DNA of 64,000 bases from the NCBI GenBank assembly GCA_964019335.1, contig OZ025726.1, positions 393,703-457,702 of the forward strand, written 5' to 3'. Each line of letters begins with the position of its first letter. Position 1 is the first letter of the stretch. The position numbers and the translations under genes are program-made. A model generated the notes under the pieces. It saw only the letters and a list, made by a program, of their open reading frames with translations, did not search any database and was not told where the DNA came from. The DNA comes from Diplonema japonicum. Lineage: Eukaryota; Protista; Euglenozoa: Diplonemea. Of the stretch, positions 56,145 to 63,717 are shown in pieces.

Positions 56145-56434
56145 TTAAAGAGAACGAGGTAGAGTCTTACCTGGAATGTACAATCCTTTTCCAAACATCT
56201 TCTGTCCTAACTTCTTCCCTCCATGAGCCGCTAGAGCACTCAGACCTGCAACAATAGGTGCCAGGAATTGCAAGAAGCCACCCTGCTTCCTCATGTGCAA
56301 GAGTTGTGTTTTTGAGAGCTTCAACATCACACTAGTCTTTGAATTTACTGCTTTCATCAACTTGTTCTTTTGAGTCATTGTGATAGCTAGCTTATCACTC
56401 CCTGCCATTGAGGGATCAATCTTAAGGGTAACAC
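56145..56434 (-). pseudogene. 5'-truncated Polinton/adenovirus pX-like core protein
   Basis: VTLKID...GSDKLAITMTQKNKLMKA...LKLSKTQL...KQGG|FLQFLAPIVAGLSALA: a GG cleavage-like site followed by an amphipathic GGFL peptide. The 5' end is replaced by the insertion starting at 56435. Confidence 0.7.
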
Positions 56435-56507
56435 GGGGGACAAAATCCAACTCACAGCCTTCACGTGGCGTCCCCTGTAAGTAAGCTTCGGCTGAAACTA
56501 ATGTGAG
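56435..56507 (+). ncRNA. HDV-like self-cleaving ribozyme
   Basis: P1 GGGGGAC(56435-41)/GTCCCCT(56470-76) with G.U at the cleavage site; P2 CTCACA(56451-56)/TGTGAG(56502-07); P3 GCC/GGC closing the 7-nt L3 TTCACGT; P4 AGC-TTCG-GCT; J4/2 CTAA with putative catalytic C56498. Confidence 0.88.
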
Positions 56508-56714
56508 AGGTACCCAAGCTGTGGTGTGTGTGTGTGTGTGTGCGAACCTTGCCGGGGCTAGATTTAGAGCGGGCCCTGTTACCCATTCGCCCTGTCCTTG
56601 GTAAGCCTTGATGGTCGGAGGGGGTAAGGTAGCTGGTGTGTGCGTGGTTCCCCCCTGTGCTGTGTATCCGCTTTCGTTGTGACCGTTGCTGAATACGAAG
56701 TAGAAAAAAAAAAA
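56435..56714 (+). mobile_element. Short ribozyme-headed retroposon (SINE/SIDER-like) with (GT)n tract and A-tail
   Basis: Begins exactly at the ribozyme cleavage site, interrupts the pX-like gene, and ends in an A11 run at 56704-56714. No TSD identified. Confidence 0.6.
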
Positions 56715-56864
56715 GTAAACAAAACAAAAAAAAGAAAGCAACAACAAAAAAATGAAAAGAGGTTTTTTTTTAATTCAAAGTATCTTTTTGTTTTTGATGT
56801 TGGCAGGCACTAAAACAACCTTCATACGCTAACCACATCAAAATCAAAATCTATATCTTGGACT

Positions 56865-56911
56865 AAAAAAAAACCAACGATTCTAAAAAAAAACCAACGA
56901 TTCTAAAAAAA
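56865..56911 (+). repeat. Tandem reiteration of the SL 5' end (20-bp unit A7-AACCAACGATTCT)
   Basis: aaaaaaaaaccaacgattct occurs three times in exact tandem; the third copy continues into the full SL exon. Confidence 0.95.
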
Positions 56912-56950
56912 AACCAACGATTCTAAAGCTACAGTTTCTGTACTTTATTG
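56912..56950 (+). ncRNA. Complete 39-nt spliced-leader (mini-exon) sequence, diplonemid type
   Basis: AACCAACGATTCTAAAGCTACAGTTTCTGTACTTTATTG: 39 nt, with the conserved euglenozoan CAGTTTCTGTACTTTATTG 3' half and the AACCAACGAT 5' end recalled for Diplonema. Followed by GTCGTT rather than GTAT, and no obvious Sm site, so probably not an intact SL RNA gene. Confidence 0.92.
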
Positions 56951-57118
56951 GTCGTTCGTGTTCTGCTGGTGCCTGCCGCCTCTGCCTGGGTTTGCCGCTG
57001 CGTCCGTCGTCCGTCGTCGCCGTCGTCCGGGGGGGTTGTTTTGCCCGTCGGCCTGCCCGCCGCTCAACGAAAGGATCCCCTCCCCCCCATCACACACTAT
57101 AAAACAAAAAAAAAAAAA

Positions 57119-58194
57119 ATGGATCCAAGACGACTCGCAGGAGGAGGTGACCGCAGCCGCAGCCCGCAGGAGCAAGCCCGCAGCCCGCAGTGCACGGCAC
57201 CGAGACCCACCCAACCAGGCAATCTGGTTGGGCAGTATGAATCCCCACCCCCTAGATCCCCCCACCCCCCTTTAGAAAAAAAAAATAATAAAAAAAAAAA
57301 TCACAAGTAGAGACCGCGGTTTTGACCGCCACAACCAAGGGAGCAGCAGCCCCTGCTACAGCCACGGCCGCCCCGGCCGCAAGCACGACTGCTGCAGCAG
57401 CCCCAGCCGCACTGAACGCCGCAGCCGACCCTGCCGCCCCAAACGCCGCAGCCGCCCCTGCCGCAGCCACGACCGACACAACCACGATCGCCGCAGCCGC
57501 CCCTGCCGCCTTGAACGCTGCAGCCGCCCCTGCCGCAACTGAGACAGCCGCAGCCGCCCCTGCCGCAAGCCCGACCTCCGCAGCCGACCCTGCCATAGTT
57601 GAAGAGGAAAAAAAAAAGAAGAAAAAGGGGGAAGGGTGTATACTGAAAGATGGTGAGCACCCCCCCGGGTTGAAGACAGGTGCTGCCCCCGCCTTCCCAG
57701 AAGCTCTGCTGTCCGGGAAGTGGGAGGCCCTGTCAGGGAACACGGGGAGGGAGACGCTCCAGCATGGGCACCGGTGGGAGGGGACGGACGCCGAGGTGCG
57801 CCCCACCACCGGCATCCCAGGGGAGGCAAAGGGGTGGGTGAGGGAGGTGGCCGCCGCCGCAGGGCTCAAGGTGGTCCCCAACCAGGTACTTGTGAATAAG
57901 TACAGACCTGGTTGTGGGATTGCCGCCCACAAGGACGACGCAAGACTGGGACCGGTCGTCCTAGTCTTGTCGTACGGGGCTGAGACCACAATGGTCATGA
58001 GGAAGGGGGACAGGGTAGCGAGGTACCTGGTGCCCCCCTTCTCATGGGCACTGTTGGAAGGCGAAGCGAGACACCAGTGGACACACCACATCCCGTCAGG
58101 GGTGTCCACTGGTGTCAGGGTGTCGATCACCCTGCGTGCGGTTGGCCCCGAGCTCACCCACATACCCCCCCAGGAAGACCCACCCCTGGGCTAA
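57119..58194 (+). CDS. AlkB-family 2OG-Fe(II) dioxygenase with Ala/Pro-rich linker (probable start 57119 via a frameshift in the A-run at 57290-57300)
   Basis: PNQVLVNKYRPGCGIAAHKD (HxD), LSYG, LEGEARHQWTHHI (distal H), RVSITLR (RxSxTxR): a complete metal/2OG ligand set. Confidence 0.88.
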
Positions 58195-59873
58195 CAAACG
58201 AACCCCCCCCTTTTTTTTTAGAACCCTCCACGGAGGTAAAAAACAGACCCTCTTCGGAGGAAAATGGAGAGAGAGGGGAAGAGGCAGCGCTCCCAAAAGA
58301 GGGTAGTGTTCCTCCCCCCCATTTGTCCCCCCCTTTTTCATTTTTAGAGCCCTCTTTGGAGGAACCCTCCACGGAAAACAGACCCTCTTCGGAGGAAAAT
58401 AGAGAGAGAGGGGAAGAGGTGGCACCCCCGAGAGAGGGTAGTGTTCCTCCCCCCCATTTGTCCCCCCCTTTTTCATTTTTAGAGCCCTCCCCAGAGGGAC
58501 CCTCCACGGAGGTGAAAAACAGACCCTCTTCGGAGGAAAAAAAGGCAGAGGGAGAGACAGCACGCCCGAGAGAAGGTAGTGCTCCTCCCTCTCTGCCCCA
58601 TTTTTTCTGGACCCTCTACGGAGGTGTACACCCTGGTCCCCAAGGGCCGGGGGCTTTTTTTGAGGGTGGAAGGGAAAGAAAAAAAAAAACAAACAAGGAG
58701 GAACCTTTTTTCTTTTCAAACAACCAGGGGGACCCAGCACCCGCCCCCACCGCCTGCCAAGGTGTGGTTGGGGCGGAGGCTGCGAGCGACGTGAGAGCAC
58801 CACTGCACACCCTTGTGAGAAGACAGAAAAGAGCCCCCTGGATTGCCATGGGTGGCAGGGAACCTAAGCCAGCGCCCAAGAGGAAGAAGAACAGGAGGAG
58901 GCACAGGAGCGAAACGGCCCTTCAGAGGCGTCGGGAGAAGAGGACCAAGGCGAGGGAGGCTGCCAGACAGGAGAAGAAAAGGCACCGTCGTGCGAGGAAA
59001 GAAGGGAGGAGGAGGGCCCGCAGAGAGGAACACGAGGCCGCCCTGGAACAGAAGCCAGATGACCCTGCAATGGGGCTGAAGCTGACCGAGGTGGGAACGC
59101 CTGGAGCCCAACCCCTGGCACCCAGAATCCCGGCACCTGGGGCTGCAACCGGTGCAAGGAGGCACCGCAGACGGACGGGACACAGCAAGGAAGGGATGAG
59201 ATGGGAGCACCTGGGGGTGTGGGCCTGGGTCGCCCTGTTCTCCCTCTTGCTGATCCCAGGGGTGAGGCAGGTGCTGGGGGCGGGCATCGGGATGGCCCCC
59301 TCCTTCCTGCATGCTGCAGTGTTGTGGAAGAGGCCGGGGAGCGACAGGAGGACCACCCGCAGGTCAAGGGTACAGGTGGGGCCCCGAGGGGATGAATGGT
59401 CCGCCGGGGAGCTCGCTTGGCTAGCGGTAGGAGGCACCCTGGTGGGAAGCACTTCAGTTTGGATAGGGGGGCTGATGTCGCTCTGGGCCATGTCGGAAGT
59501 GATGGTGGGGAAAGCTGGTGCTGGCCCGACCCAGAGATTCGGACCGGTAAAGCTGAAGAAGACAAGACGCGGATCGAGAGGTCACTACCTGCCGGTGTAC
59601 TTGGGCCCGCCTAGAAGCTCAAGACGCAGAAAAAAGAAGGTGGACGCCAAGCAAGCGGCGAAGGAACGAGCTGAGACGGAGGATAAGCTCTTTCAGGCCG
59701 AACACCTGGACCCCTTTGCGGACTTGACGCTGGCAGGGGACGCGTTGCAAGGAGGTGGTGACCCTCCCCCCATGGATTTGGATGATGAGCACATGGAGGC
59801 GCAGAAGGAGGGGGAAAAAGAAGGATCAGACAAACATCAATGCCGGATGGAAGCAAACTGGTGTTTTACATGA
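58044..59873 (+). CDS. Retroelement middle ORF: repeats, Arg-rich basic tract, two hydrophobic segments
   Basis: 609-codon open frame between AlkB and the RT-thumb ORF, overlapping both; probably parts of one frameshifted polyprotein. Confidence 0.55.
   Translation: MGTVGRRSETPVDTPHPVRGVHWCQGVDHPACGWPRAHPHTPPGRPTPGLTNEPPPFFLEPSTEVKNRPSSEENGERGEEAALPKEGSVPPPHLSPPFSFLEPSLEEPSTENRPSSEENRERGEEVAPPREGSVPPPHLSPPFSFLEPSPEGPSTEVKNRPSSEEKKAEGETARPREGSAPPSLPHFFWTLYGGVHPGPQGPGAFFEGGRERKKKTNKEEPFFFSNNQGDPAPAPTACQGVVGAEAASDVRAPLHTLVRRQKRAPWIAMGGREPKPAPKRKKNRRRHRSETALQRRREKRTKAREAARQEKKRHRRARKEGRRRARREEHEAALEQKPDDPAMGLKLTEVGTPGAQPLAPRIPAPGAATGARRHRRRTGHSKEGMRWEHLGVWAWVALFSLLLIPGVRQVLGAGIGMAPSFLHAAVLWKRPGSDRRTTRRSRVQVGPRGDEWSAGELAWLAVGGTLVGSTSVWIGGLMSLWAMSEVMVGKAGAGPTQRFGPVKLKKTRRGSRGHYLPVYLGPPRSSRRRKKKVDAKQAAKERAETEDKLFQAEHLDPFADLTLAGDALQGGGDPPPMDLDDEHMEAQKEGEKEGSDKHQCRMEANWCFT
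58215..58625 (+). repeat. Three-plus tandem ~135-141-bp repeats within the retroelement
   Basis: cagaccctcttcggaggaaaa at 58244, 58379 and 58520; gagggtagtgttcctccccc recurs. Confidence 0.9.
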
Positions 59874-62800
59874 GAGTGGTCCCAGACTCGCATGTGGGAG
59901 GGGTCATGCACAGGTTCGACGAGATGGTGCGGAAGACGATGTCGAAGGTGTGCGGCATGCAGTTCGAGAACGGGTCGAAAGAATGGCAGCAGGCGAAACT
60001 GTCCGTAAAAGTCGGTGGGCTTGGGATGAGGAGCTGCCAGGAGCACCTGCGCGCGGCCAACATGGCTTCGGCGTCGACGATGAAGCTGTGCAAGGAGCTG
60101 GATCCCAAATACGAACATGGGCTGGAAGGGGGTGTATGGGGGAGCTGGCTCGAGTGGTTCAACAGGACGAAGGGCGGCATGCAGATTACACCCGACATGG
60201 TGGCCAAGGCCCCCCACATCTGCAGCCAGAGGTGGCTCTCTAGGGTGCTTGATGAGAAGGCGCTGGAGGACCTCTTGGCGAAAGCAGATGCACGCTCGAG
60301 AGCGAGGTTGATGTCGGAGTCAATGCACTATGCGGGAGCGTGGTTGACGGCGACGCCTGACTTCTACAACCAGCTGTCGGACAACGAGTTTGGGGCTCTG
60401 ATCAAGTGGTGGTTGGGGGCTCCGGTCTACAAGCAGGGTGAGAGCTGCCACGACCCGAGGTGCAAGACTGAGGGGATGGACGTATGGGGTGACCATGCCC
60501 AGGGATGCGGCAACGCCAGGATTGCGAGGCACGACCGGGTGAAGGAGACCATCCACAGACACTGTCAGTGGGCCGGGGTGAGCGCAACGATGGAGAAGAC
60601 GGGGCTGATCCCGGGGTCGTCCCAGCGCCCGGCGGACGTGTTCTTCCCAGGTGGGGTGGGGGGTTCCCGCCCAATGGCTATGGACGTGGTCATCGTGCAC
60701 CCGAGGAACGAGTCTTGTGTCAACCAGGCGGCGAAGACTGCGGGGTACGCAGCGGCGAAGGCGGAACACTACAAGCGCCAGAAGTATGAGGCGGAGCTCG
60801 CCAAGACACGCGTGGCCTTTGTACCTTTCGCGATGGAGACCTTTGGGGGGTTCGGGGAGGCAGCAGTCTACCTCACGAAGAAACTGTCCAGGAGCATAGC
60901 TGCGCGGGCTCACGGGGACAGAGTCTCGATACACAGGCGTGTGGTCCAAGAGGTGTCAACGGCCATGATGAGATCGATAGCAGGGGCGCTGTTAGTCAAA
61001 GGGCCTGTACAGTTGGATCCAGGGCCCCCGGTACCGGACGGCGAAGAGGAAAAAAAGGACAACGAGGAAGCGAACAACGAACCCAACACTGAATCCAACA
61101 CTGACCTCACAGAGGACTCCTTCGGCAATGAAAAAACCACCGAAGCTGAGGAGTCGTCCGAGAGGGAAGTGAAGGGACAGGGAGGCGGACCCCCAATCAC
61201 GGTGGCCCACCAGCTGGATGCCCTTCTGGAGCAGACGAAGAAGGACCTGGACGCCCGAATGCAGCAGCAGCGAAAGGCGGAACCGGTGGAGGGTGGAACA
61301 CAAGGGAAAGCGGGAGCAGGACTCGAAGCAGCCTCGCCGGGAGGAGAAGACACGGAGATGGTCGGAACAGGATCCAGCGAGAGGGCTGGGCAGGGAGGGG
61401 AGCTTGACCCGAAGGCCCAGGAAGATGGGAAGAGACAAGGGGCGACTGACGCTGCGGTGAACCAGACCTTGGACCAGTGTCCTAAGGGGGATACGGAGGC
61501 CCAGAGGGACTCGAACAAGGGGGACCAGAGTGCGACAACTGCTACGAGGAAGATGACCGTGAGCGAATTCTGTAGGGAACAAGCTGCGAAGAGACAGGGC
61601 GGTGGGAGGACTCTGAAGCCGCAGGCGGATGACGCCCCCGAAGGGACCAAAGAGGGCGGGAACGCACCGAGCGGAGGCAGCCAGTCGGGGCCTGACACAC
61701 CTAGGGGTGGGATCCAGACGCCGGAGGGAGATCAGCTGATGGGAGTCGGGGCACCGGAAAGGGAACAGCAGGTGGAAGTAGGGGGAGACTTCGTTCAGCT
61801 TGACCCGATTGATGTGGTGATGGGCATCCCAATTCCGAGAGCGATGGTGCCACTGAGGGCGAGGCCGGGGGACCGACTGCTCAAGTTCATCATCCAGTTC
61901 GAGGGCCGGGTGGAGATCATCCTTGAAGAAGGAACGGACCCTGGAAGGGAGAGGACTGAGGAGATGCTTCTTGCGAAGGCCGAGTCGCTGGGTGTTCCAC
62001 TGGAGGTGGCTATGGCTGGCCAGATTGGTATCGCTGGACTTGGATACATGATGGTAAAGCAGTACTTCGCAAGCTTGGAAGGTGGGTCGGACGGAGAGCG
62101 CCGCAGCCGCATTGTGGGTTGTGAGGTGCAGAAGTCGGAAACATACCGCGAGTTCGAGTTCCCGAGGACGGTCCAGGATTTCCAGATCACGTACGCGTGT
62201 GGGTGTTCGGCGGTGCAACCTGTTCGTTTCAAGGGTGGCGTGCTCAAGGGGACTCTGGAAACGGCATGGGGGGTGGTCAAGTTGCAGACCCGGGGGTGCA
62301 GACACCACCCGACACTGGGGAAGGAAGGGGTAGTGGGCATTGCGGCGGGAGCCGGCGCTACCAAGGTGACACTACGTGAGTTCTTGGAGAGGTGCGACGC
62401 AAGGATAAGGGCCCCAGTGGGAAAGGTCAAGGACCTGATCAAAGTGAAGGCGTGGGTGAGGGATGGAAGGAAGGTCACCCTCGACGTCTACGAGGGGAGG
62501 GGGCCCTGCGAGAAGGAGACGAGGCGCACTGTCCAGGACCATCTGCGGAAGATGGGTGTTGAAGAGGTCGACCTGCAGTCAGCGGTGGTGACGGTCCCGG
62601 GGTTGTTCGAGGACGTCTCCTTTGAGAGGTACCTTGGGCTGTTGGCCCGGAAGAAGGAGGAAGACAGGGAGAGGCGGCCTGAGGTGGTTGCCACGGACCT
62701 CCCCACCCTGGAAGAGCTGAAGTGGAGCAAGAAGGACAAGAAGCGGGCCCGGGCCCGATCGGCCAGTACTGACTCGGATTGTGTGGAGGGTGGCTACATC

Positions 62801-63082
62801 TATCTGAAGGGTACGGGGGCGGATGGCACCGTGGTCGAAGCCAACATATGCAGGGGTGAGCTCAAGGGGATGACCGGGCCCCAGTTCAAGTTCTTGGCGG
62901 AGCACAGGTTGATGGAAGAGCTGGGGAGCGACGACCTGGTGCGGGACACGGTCAAGGTGCGCAACAAGGAGAACTGGGCCCCGGTGAACAGTGCGGTGGC
63001 TTGGCTGCAGCTCGAGTCGGGGAGGGCACGGGTGGGGCCCATACCCCACAAGAAGAGGTCCAAAGGCTCGCTGGCCAGATAG
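59840..63082 (+). CDS. CRE-clade RT thumb / CCHC zinc knuckle / restriction-like endonuclease plus ~690-aa C-terminal extension; RT catalytic core absent
   Basis: KLVFYMR..P, WQQAKLSVKVGGLG, AGAWLTATP, CHDPRC...DVWGDHAQGC, RHD, RPAD, DVVIVHP, AEHYKRQKY, FVPFAMETFG; no QGDPLGP or YxDD anywhere upstream. Confidence 0.88.
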   Translation: MPDGSKLVFYMRVVPDSHVGGVMHRFDEMVRKTMSKVCGMQFENGSKEWQQAKLSVKVGGLGMRSCQEHLRAANMASASTMKLCKELDPKYEHGLEGGVWGSWLEWFNRTKGGMQITPDMVAKAPHICSQRWLSRVLDEKALEDLLAKADARSRARLMSESMHYAGAWLTATPDFYNQLSDNEFGALIKWWLGAPVYKQGESCHDPRCKTEGMDVWGDHAQGCGNARIARHDRVKETIHRHCQWAGVSATMEKTGLIPGSSQRPADVFFPGGVGGSRPMAMDVVIVHPRNESCVNQAAKTAGYAAAKAEHYKRQKYEAELAKTRVAFVPFAMETFGGFGEAAVYLTKKLSRSIAARAHGDRVSIHRRVVQEVSTAMMRSIAGALLVKGPVQLDPGPPVPDGEEEKKDNEEANNEPNTESNTDLTEDSFGNEKTTEAEESSEREVKGQGGGPPITVAHQLDALLEQTKKDLDARMQQQRKAEPVEGGTQGKAGAGLEAASPGGEDTEMVGTGSSERAGQGGELDPKAQEDGKRQGATDAAVNQTLDQCPKGDTEAQRDSNKGDQSATTATRKMTVSEFCREQAAKRQGGGRTLKPQADDAPEGTKEGGNAPSGGSQSGPDTPRGGIQTPEGDQLMGVGAPEREQQVEVGGDFVQLDPIDVVMGIPIPRAMVPLRARPGDRLLKFIIQFEGRVEIILEEGTDPGRERTEEMLLAKAESLGVPLEVAMAGQIGIAGLGYMMVKQYFASLEGGSDGERRSRIVGCEVQKSETYREFEFPRTVQDFQITYACGCSAVQPVRFKGGVLKGTLETAWGVVKLQTRGCRHHPTLGKEGVVGIAAGAGATKVTLREFLERCDARIRAPVGKVKDLIKVKAWVRDGRKVTLDVYEGRGPCEKETRRTVQDHLRKMGVEEVDLQSAVVTVPGLFEDVSFERYLGLLARKKEEDRERRPEVVATDLPTLEELKWSKKDKKRARARSASTDSDCVEGGYIYLKGTGADGTVVEANICRGELKGMTGPQFKFLAEHRLMEELGSDDLVRDTVKVRNKENWAPVNSAVAWLQLESGRARVGPIPHKKRSKGSLAR

Positions 63083-63717
63083 GCCAGCGGGGGTGTGGGG
63101 GGCTGTTCTCCCCCGCCATAGGAAGATGTGAAACTTTTTTTTTTTTTCTGAGAAAAAAAAAAAAGGGAAAAATAAAAGAATAGGGAACAGGTGCTACAAC
63201 GGCCAGGCTAGATAGAACCACTTAGATTTTTTTTTTTTTTTTCCTTTTTTTTTTTCTTTTTGTTTTTCCTTTTTTTTTTTTTTTTTTTTATTTTTCTGTT
63301 TTTCTTTTTCTTTTTCTTTTTGAAGTGGAACCATCTCGGTCGACGTTTTTTTTTTTCTTTTTTCTTTTGTGGTGATGTGTTTTTCCTGTTTTTGATTTTC
63401 TTCTTCCCCCGCTCTATGCTTTTTCGCATGGACATTGGCCACTCTGCCCCTTTCCCCTTTTTTGATTCTCCCTCTTTCCCCCTCCTAAATTTTACCCCCT
63501 GCCCCACTCATTCCTCCCTAGTATGTTTTTGAATTTGCCTCTTCTTCTTTTAAGCCTTTTTTGAGATTTTTATTTTTGAATTTTTATCATTTGGAGTTGC
63601 TTCTTCTTCTTCCCCTCTCCCTCCCATAAAGAAAAAGAGAAACCCATGCCTTCCTCCCAGGTTGGAACTTGATTGTCTGTTTTGGAATATTTTTATTTTC
63701 TCTTAAGATTTATCGTG

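Larger units (their letters stand above)
50363..56434. mobile_element. Fragmented endogenous Polinton/adintovirus-like virus (virion morphogenesis module), interrupted by later insertions
   Basis: AT-richer, intronless, tightly packed genes: A32-like ATPase, adenain protease, Zn-ribbon-PLA2 and pX-like GGFL protein. No pPolB, integrase or capsid genes are visible in the window. Confidence 0.85.
56912..63160 (+). mobile_element. CRE/SLACS-clade non-LTR retrotransposon, internally deleted, carrying AlkB
   Basis: SL at the 5' end, AlkB ORF, ~135-141-bp tandem repeats, and RT thumb + CCHC + RLE motifs of the CRE clade; GC-rich, intronless, opposite strand to the host cluster. The 3' boundary is uncertain. 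Confidence 0.8.

Noticed and set aside
56435-56747. N-terminal half of the 200-aa track ORF 56145-56747
   Set aside because: It is the antisense of the ribozyme-headed insertion, not part of the viral protein.
56865-56950. CRISPR-like or intact SL RNA gene array
   Set aside because: The repeats have no spacers and the context is eukaryotic. Only one full exon is present, without a GTAT donor consensus or evident Sm site.
57235-57275. Possible intron linking ATG 57119 to the AlkB frame
   Set aside because: Splicing leads directly into an in-frame TAA at 57286; a homopolymer frameshift is the simpler explanation.
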